From contig BCKQ01000008.1 in the NCBI GenBank assembly GCA_001600695.1, forward strand, positions 691,439 to 696,528: DNA of 5,090 nucleotides, in the 5' to 3' direction. This DNA comes from Ascoidea asiatica JCM 7603 (Eukaryota; Fungi; Ascomycota). Positions 1-5,090 of this stretch are shown piece by piece; within the stretch, counting starts at the first letter, position 1, and every line of letters starts with the position of its first letter. The notes below the pieces were generated by a model. That model was given only the letters and a program-made list of their open reading frames with translations, was not told the origin of the DNA and ran no database searches. The position numbers and the translations under genes were made by a program.

Positions 1-138
1 GCCTTTGTGGAGGACAGATTGGTTGGTAATGATACTTACAAAATTAAAAACTTCATTAAGGTCACGCGCCTTTATTTGAACGAGTTCCATTTAGAATTGA
101 AAATGACGGATAATGTTTCCGGTTAAAGGAAAAACATA

Positions 139-169
139 TCCGCGTAATTTCCGCGTAATTTCCGCGTAA
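139..169. repeat. 11-bp tandem repeat, ~2.8 copies: TCCGCGTAATT TCCGCGTAATT TCCGCGTAA
   Basis: Read directly, with units starting at 139, 150 and 161. A degenerate copy TTTCCGGTTAA lies at 116-126. Confidence 0.9.
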
Positions 170-374
170 GTATTCCACACCTCTTTTTCAAATATATCTG
201 AAAAGCCATTTTCAGCTAATCAAAAAGTGGAATCGAGTTGAGTGAAATAATTTAGACCAAAGATTCTGTTTTGTTTTTTGAAAGTTTTAGCGAAAAATAT
301 ATTACATCCTTAGATACTACATATTGATTATGCTTCGTGTGTGTTTTTAGTTTTTGTCTCATACTCACTCACTA

Positions 375-2024
375 ATGTTAAAGAGATTTTCACCATCTTC
401 TTTTACTATTTCAGCTCGATCTCAATTCACCAGAAAACCTTTTATGAAATGTTTCCAAAAGTATTTCATGACCTCAAATAAATTCACCAGTAACAATAAT
501 ATTCCTTGGATCAATAACTATTTCAGAAGAAAAACTTCAAATGCTACTAAGCTTGACAATTATATAACTAGATCCTTAGCTTCTTCATCCAATTTTAGAG
601 AAAAAACAACAACGTTACTAACTGATAGTCCTACAAAATTTATATCGTCAGATACTATTGGAATTAATAAGGGTCTGGGATCAAACATAGATTCAAATAA
701 TTTTGTTAGTTGCACTATAATTGACTCTCACGGAAATATAATAGATGTTTCGAAAAAATTTCCTAAAATGAAATTTCTTGATGAAAATGGATTATATCCT
801 CGAGATCTTAGGAAAATCGATAAATCTTCAATTGATATTGTTCCAAGTATAGTAATTAGAAAAAATTGTATTTTAGTTAATTTATTGCATATAAAGGCGT
901 TGATTAAATTTAATCAAATAATAATCTTTGATATATCTTCATCTACATCTGTTTCTGCCCCAGCTTCAACCCATGGTTCAAATACTTCAACAAATGCTAC
1001 TAAACTAGGGTTATTTTTATATGACTTAGAGGACAGATTAAAGACAAACCCCTCTGCCAATTCAAGTCTAAATCAATCTTACGAATTCAAAGCTTTAGAA
1101 TCTATATTGATTAACGTTATGTCATGCTTAGAAACAGAATTAAATGGTCATTTAAAAACTTGCTCTTCTATATTAATTGATTTAGAAAATCAAATTGATA
1201 GAATTAAATTAAAAAATTTACTAATAAAATCAAAAGATCTACAAGCTTATTATCAAAAAACTCTTTTGATAAGGGAGGTTTTAGATGAATTACTTGAAAA
1301 TGATGAAGATTTAGAAAAAATGTATTTAACTCAATCTATTAATCCCAACGTAAAGTCTGATCGTAGAGATCAGACTTCATCAGAAATGCATGACAACTTC
1401 ACAGAAATTGAAATGTTGTTAGAGTCATACTATAAACAGAGTGATGAATTTGTTCAGCAGGCTGGCTCTTTAATTAGCGATATCAAATCAACTGAAGAAA
1501 TAGTTAATATAATATTAGATGCAAATAGAAATTCATTAATGTTGTTTGAGTTGAAAGTTACAATTTATACTTTAGGTTTCACTGTTGCTACAACTTTGCC
1601 AGCCTTTTATGGGATGAATTTGAAAAATTTCATTGAAGATTCTTCTTATGGGTTTGTCGCTGTTGTATCTGTTTCAATCCTATCTGCATTATCAATAACA
1701 ATGTTAAATTTCAATAAATTAAGATCCGTCCAGAGATTAACTATGATGCTTGGTAGAAGCGAGAGAAATTTTTTGAATGATAATTCATTAATTGATGGTA
1801 TTGAACAATCCGAAAAAAAAGCTATCAGTAAAACAGTAGTAAACTATCCTGATTTGGATAATAAAAGTAGATTGAAAAAATTGAAAAATGACATATTTTG
1901 GAACTATCTTTTTAAAGTAAATATATTCAGAAAATTTATTTTTTGGAAAAAAAGGTATAAAATAGATAAGAAGCAAAAAGATATTGTTTGGAAGTGGTTG
2001 ATCGATGAACAACAAAAAAAATAG
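375..2024 (+). CDS. MRS2: Mitochondrial inner-membrane magnesium channel Mrs2 (CorA/Mrs2/Alr1 family), 549 aa from the first in-frame ATG
   Basis: The CorA GMN signature (FYGMNLKNFIE, GMN at 1611-1619) ends TM1 and is followed by a second hydrophobic segment (GFVAVVSVSILSALSI). Mrs2-type blocks are present: LYPRDLRKID, NLLHIKALI, LDELLENDEDL, IKSTEEIVNIILDANRNSLMLFELKVTIYTLGF. The C-terminal DIVWKWLI resembles recalled S. cerevisiae Mrs2 rather than Lpe10/Mfm1. The N-terminus (MLKRFSPSSFTISARSQFTRK) is R/K/S/F-rich and acid-free, like a mitochondrial presequence. The exact start is uncertain (see finding on ATG 330). Confidence 0.95.
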   Translation: MLKRFSPSSFTISARSQFTRKPFMKCFQKYFMTSNKFTSNNNIPWINNYFRRKTSNATKLDNYITRSLASSSNFREKTTTLLTDSPTKFISSDTIGINKGLGSNIDSNNFVSCTIIDSHGNIIDVSKKFPKMKFLDENGLYPRDLRKIDKSSIDIVPSIVIRKNCILVNLLHIKALIKFNQIIIFDISSSTSVSAPASTHGSNTSTNATKLGLFLYDLEDRLKTNPSANSSLNQSYEFKALESILINVMSCLETELNGHLKTCSSILIDLENQIDRIKLKNLLIKSKDLQAYYQKTLLIREVLDELLENDEDLEKMYLTQSINPNVKSDRRDQTSSEMHDNFTEIEMLLESYYKQSDEFVQQAGSLISDIKSTEEIVNIILDANRNSLMLFELKVTIYTLGFTVATTLPAFYGMNLKNFIEDSSYGFVAVVSVSILSALSITMLNFNKLRSVQRLTMMLGRSERNFLNDNSLIDGIEQSEKKAISKTVVNYPDLDNKSRLKKLKNDIFWNYLFKVNIFRKFIFWKKRYKIDKKQKDIVWKWLIDEQQKK

Positions 2025-2135
2025 ATACTATTGCCTTGTAAATAAAATATTTATATAGAAATATTTAATAAAAAATAACAGAATTAAAATATATACTTTA
2101 ACCTTAGATAAATGGCAAATAGACGAAAATATAAA
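2025..2135. terminator. Shared 111-bp 3'-end formation region between the convergent MRS2 and ASF1 genes
   Basis: Very AT-rich gap between the two stop codons, with TATATA efficiency-element-like motifs (palindromic, so usable on both strands) and AATAAA positioning-element-like motifs (e.g. 2041-2046). Confidence 0.55.
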
Positions 2136-3110
2136 TTATGATACACTGATAGATCTTTCATTAGATTCATCAATCTTACTTGGAAAATTTTCCTTTATTG
2201 AATCTGCTGTAGAGGTTACTTCTTTCGATTGATCGGATATATTCTCTTTCGTTATTTTTCTTTTCTTGGCTGGTGGCTCATCAGCGTCTTCAGAAAGTGG
2301 AATTTTTTCTTTGGAGGAACTTGTGATTTTGCTTACTTCAGATGTGTTTTCAATATTGCCTTCTTCTTTTGATTTGACGTTTGAAGTAGCGACAATTTCA
2401 TCATTATCTTCTATCGCTTCTTCTCGTTCCTCTTCATCTTCGTCGTCATCTTCTTCGTCATCATTGCCTTCTGGATCTTCGGCATCGCCTTCTGGATCTT
2501 CCTCTGCCTCATCTTCTTCGTCAACATCGTCCTCTTCTTCATCGTCATCATCTTGTTCATTCAAGCCATATTGATCTTCATCGTCTATCAATTCAGCCTC
2601 AGGCTGTTCAATTTCAGTTGGAAATTCTTCTGCATTCTCATCTTCATTATCCCAAACTATATTAAATCTTGTTACTCTTGGCTTTTCGGCCAATATATTT
2701 CTAACAACATGATTGACTTGAACTTTACTAGGAGGATTTTCCCTCAAGTCATCTGAGTCATACTCATTATTGACATAGTACCCAACTCTTACAAACTCTC
2801 TATCCTTGTAGGAACAAGATAATAGTATAACAGTAACAGATACTAGTTCACTTGCTGGAATTAATTCAGGACTTGGAGGATCTGCTGTAAATAAAAATTT
2901 ATTAACACCAACAGGCACAGGTCCAACGAGTATAGAATCCAATTCTTGATCATGATCCAAAGATCTAGAGGAGCCAACATATGTTAATTTCCATTCAAGA
3001 TCCTGGGTTAAAGGCTCAAGACATTCAAAAGTAATTTCAAATTCGTAAGGATCTGTGAAATGAGCAGGATTATTAAGCACATTTATACCAAGCAAAGATA
3101 CAATTGACAT
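2136..3110 (-). CDS. ASF1: Histone H3-H4 chaperone Asf1, 324 aa: conserved ~155-aa core, acidic tail and basic NLS-like motif
   Basis: It begins [32 protein letters not shown] and contains [42 protein letters not shown] and [18 protein letters not shown], the canonical Asf1 core. ATG at 3110 is in an A-rich context (ATAAAAATG). A D/E-rich tail typical of fungal Asf1 follows. Confidence 0.98.
   Translation of the reverse strand: MSIVSLLGINVLNNPAHFTDPYEFEITFECLEPLTQDLEWKLTYVGSSRSLDHDQELDSILVGPVPVGVNKFLFTADPPSPELIPASELVSVTVILLSCSYKDREFVRVGYYVNNEYDSDDLRENPPSKVQVNHVVRNILAEKPRVTRFNIVWDNEDENAEEFPTEIEQPEAELIDDEDQYGLNEQDDDDEEEDDVDEEDEAEEDPEGDAEDPEGNDDEEDDDEDEEEREEAIEDNDEIVATSNVKSKEEGNIENTSEVSKITSSSKEKIPLSEDADEPPAKKRKITKENISDQSKEVTSTADSIKENFPSKIDESNERSISVS
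2397..2652 (-). repeat. Low-complexity GAN-codon tract encoding the Asf1 acidic (D/E) tail, including a 21-bp tandem duplication at 2462-2501
   Basis: The plus strand is rich in TCA/TCG/TCT/TCC triplets. CATTGCCTTCTGGATCTTC (2462-2480) and CATCGCCTTCTGGATCTTC (2483-2501) match at 18/19 positions. Confidence 0.85.
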
Positions 3111-3250
3111 TTTATTATGATTATAATTTTCTAAGTATAGTTGTTGTAATTCAAGTTTTCTTGAAATAAATTTTAAAATATTCAAGAATAGATATGAAAT
3201 CTTTTAATATCGTCAATTTTAACTATTATAATTATAAATCGAACTCAGCA

Positions 3251-3258
3251 TACGCGTA
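3251..3258. promoter_or_regulatory. MCB (MluI cell-cycle box) ACGCGT within the palindrome TACGCGTA, in the ASF1/YCS4 divergent promoter
   Basis: Exact ACGCGT at 3252-3257 in CpG-poor DNA, about 140 bp upstream of the ASF1 ATG. ASF1 is a known G1/S-induced gene in budding yeast. Confidence 0.7.
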
Positions 3259-3294
3259 ATATTAAATACAGAATAACTTTACTTTAATGTTGGC

Positions 3295-3309
3295 ATTTCG
3301 CGTCGAAAT
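3295..3309 (-). promoter_or_regulatory. Composite SCB/MCB-like site (minus strand GACGCGAAA) inside the dyad ATTTCG-CGT-CGAAAT
   Basis: TTTCGCG at 3296-3302 is the reverse complement of the SCB consensus CRCGAAA and overlaps an ACGCG MCB core. Confidence 0.6.
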
Positions 3310-3519
3310 TGAGAAGTTGACTAAGCGCTTACCTAATTGTAGCCAACTGCTTCGCTGAGTTGGGCAAGTTTTGATGTTTATTAAATAGTAAACAATAGAT
3401 TTAAAATTAAACAGTACAGTTCACTAGAATTAGTTTTCTTGTAATTTATTAGTTTTTTCTTAATTAAACGTTTTTTCTAGTTGAGTATTATTCTTTGATA
3501 TCATAGCTATTATTTTACA

Positions 3520-5090
3520 ATGGAGTTTGAGTTTGATGTCAATGAAGCTCAGTCATCTTTCAAGGAGTTGATAGAAGAAGACCATCCCATAAATGATCCA
3601 GAACAATACCTATCTAAATTAACTGATACCTTAGCTTTAACACCAGAAGAAATTCAAAAGGAAGATACGTTTGACGAATTCAAAGATTTAGTACATGCTT
3701 ACAAATCTGTTAACCCTGGTATACAAAAACAGATTACATATTTAGTTTCATCTTGTTTGAAAAATGTTGGAGAAATAATTCATCAAGGTGTTAATAATGG
3801 GGAGGTTCAATTGTTTGAGCAATACAAAAACATTCTTGAATTATATGGATACCTAATGTACTGTATTTTAAATTTTTTACAACTAGAGGAAATAGTTGCT
3901 TCTTCAGCCAAGAGACCTTCTGCAAAAGAGTTAAATCGATTCAAAAGTAATTGTACTCAGCTTGAAAGTGCAATGGATTCTATTTCAGTTGTCTTTAAAA
4001 TCAAATTATCTAGATTATTTCAAACCACTCCTGAAATAAATGCTTTTATTGGCTACTTCACCAGACCTATTTATGCTTTAATGGAAAACGAGCAAAGAAT
4101 TAAAATTGACTCTATAAAAAGACATATGTTCAGAATAATTTCAATGGCTGTAAAATATCATAATCATTTATCAAATGCACAAACTATCATAATGCAAAAT
4201 CTAACTTATTACATTCATTTAAATAATGTTATGGCAGAACTTTTAAAGACCCTTAATGATGAATATGATCATACTGAACTTGCAGAAGAAATTTTAGAGG
4301 AAATCAGTAATAAACAATTTAATAGTAATGACAATAACGGCCCTAAATCCATTTCCGGTTTCATAATTAAACTATCTGAACTATGTCCTCGTCTAGTTTT
4401 GAAGCAAATGAGTTTAGTCGCTAAATTACTAGATAATAATTCTCATCAGCTTCGTTGTTCTGTGGTAGAAGCTTGTGGAAATATTGTAAATGACATTTGT
4501 CAAAAATCTGATGATTTTGAAAGATATAAAATACAGACAGAAAAGTTAATTGAGCTTTTGGAACAAAGGTTCTTGGATCAAAATCCCTACGTGAGAACTA
4601 AGGCTATTCAAGCAATAGTTAAAATTTGCGACTTAGATATTAAGTTTGCTAAAAAAAGACAAGTTTTTCTTAACTTGGCTAACGTATCTTTGGATGATAG
4701 AAATTCTCTTGTTCGTAGAAATGCTGTTAAACTAGTCTCCAAACTTATACTGACACACACCTACGAAGCTGTATATGGCTCACAGTTGAGACTTTCAACT
4801 TGGCAAAAAAGACAGAAAACACAAATAAATGAATTAGAAGAAATGAAAAAAAAGTTAGATTCTCTGGACACTTTGCAAGAATCAGGTAATGCTGATCGTA
4901 TTCAGCAAGATTTTATGAACTTGGGAATTTCACTTCAGTTTTTAGAAAATGTTATTACTTTTATTGAAGTTATTCATAGTTGTACTGAAAAAGCTGCCAA
5001 TCTCTTGTATTCCAAAAATCGAACTGAGGTATTAGATATAATGGATTTTATTGTTTTGGCGGATGCCTATGGGATAGAAACTTCATACTT
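3520..5090 (+). CDS. YCS4: Condensin non-SMC HEAT-repeat subunit Ycs4/Cnd1 (CAP-D2), 5' portion only (523 codons, continues beyond the window)
   Basis: Manual translation from ACAATG at 3520 is stop-free to the window end: MEFEFDVNEAQSSF...LSRLFQTTPE...FTRPIYALMENE...QNLTYYIHL...DNNGPKSISGFIIKLSEL...LRCSVVEACGNI...LEQRFLDQNPYVRTKAIQ...LDDRNSLVRRNAVKL...GSQLRLSTW...NLLYSKNRTEVLDIMDFIVLADAY. These blocks match recalled fungal Ycs4/Cnd1. It is absent from the ORF track because no stop codon lies inside the window. Confidence 0.93.
   Translation, partial: MEFEFDVNEAQSSFKELIEEDHPINDPEQYLSKLTDTLALTPEEIQKEDTFDEFKDLVHAYKSVNPGIQKQITYLVSSCLKNVGEIIHQGVNNGEVQLFEQYKNILELYGYLMYCILNFLQLEEIVASSAKRPSAKELNRFKSNCTQLESAMDSISVVFKIKLSRLFQTTPEINAFIGYFTRPIYALMENEQRIKIDSIKRHMFRIISMAVKYHNHLSNAQTIIMQNLTYYIHLNNVMAELLKTLNDEYDHTELAEEILEEISNKQFNSNDNNGPKSISGFIIKLSELCPRLVLKQMSLVAKLLDNNSHQLRCSVVEACGNIVNDICQKSDDFERYKIQTEKLIELLEQRFLDQNPYVRTKAIQAIVKICDLDIKFAKKRQVFLNLANVSLDDRNSLVRRNAVKLVSKLILTHTYEAVYGSQLRLSTWQKRQKTQINELEEMKKKLDSLDTLQESGNADRIQQDFMNLGISLQFLENVITFIEVIHSCTEKAANLLYSKNRTEVLDIMDFIVLADAYGIETSY

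Noticed and set aside
61-134. Point-centromere-like hints: GTCACGCG (near CDEI RTCACRTG) and TGTTTCCGG (CDEIII-like)
   Set aside because: CDEI is mismatched, the spacer is only about 45 bp and not >90% AT, and CCGAA is absent.
139-169. CRISPR-like or telomeric interpretation of the 11-bp repeat
   Set aside because: There are no spacers, the context is eukaryotic, the location is internal and intergenic, and there is no G-rich strand bias.
198-215. Hairpin CTGAAAA-GCCA-TTTTCAG
   Set aside because: The 7-bp AT-rich stem does not extend, is too short for an Rnt1 substrate, and is expected by chance.
166-350. GTAAGTA donor-like site at 166 and TTTTTAG acceptor-like site at 344-350 (possible 5' UTR intron)
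   Set aside because: There is no credible branchpoint near the acceptor, and the donor overlaps the promoter repeat, probably upstream of the TSS.
538-1003. 13-mer CAAATGCTACTAA repeated at 538-550 and 991-1003 (NATKL twice in Mrs2)
   Set aside because: A single 13-bp match in 5 kb of AT-rich coding DNA is compatible with chance.
1788-2015. 75-aa hydrophobic - strand ORF
   Set aside because: It is antisense to the Lys/A-rich MRS2 3' end; its Phe/Ile richness simply mirrors the poly-A codons.
2266-2574. 102-aa poly-Ser ORF on the + strand
   Set aside because: It is the antisense shadow of the Asf1 GAN-rich acidic tract, has a TTG start, and has no independent coding evidence.
2553-2756. 67-aa + strand ORF
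   Set aside because: It is antisense to ASF1 (core and start of the acidic tail), has a non-ATG start, and has no recognisable motif.
3111-3185. 25-aa N-terminal extension of Asf1 from TTG in the ORF track (likewise MRS2 from TTG 354)
   Set aside because: This is a bacterial-style alternative start call. Asf1 conservedly begins MSIVSL at ATG 3110, which has a strong A-rich context.
3370-3380. 10/11 match to the ARS consensus (TTTGATGTTTA)
   Set aside because: Near matches are frequent in AT-rich DNA, and the S. cerevisiae ACS need not apply to this lineage.

Overview
AT-rich eukaryotic DNA from a budding yeast (Saccharomycotina) carrying three compact housekeeping genes. These are MRS2 (+, mitochondrial CorA-family Mg2+ channel), ASF1 (-, histone H3-H4 chaperone, convergent with MRS2) and the 5' part of YCS4/CND1 (+, condensin HEAT-repeat subunit). 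YCS4 starts at 3520 and runs off the window, so the ORF track missed it. The track's TTG starts for MRS2 and ASF1 are probably artefacts; the likely ATGs are 375 and 3110. I see no mobile element, RNA gene or clearly novel system. The best leads are regulatory: (1) a phased 11-bp tandem CGCG array at 139-169; (2) an in-frame upstream ATG of MRS2 blocked by a TAG that a short non-canonical intron could remove; (3) a divergent ASF1-YCS4 promoter with MCB/SCB elements and clustered dyads. Homology calls rest on recalled S. cerevisiae protein sequences, not on a search.
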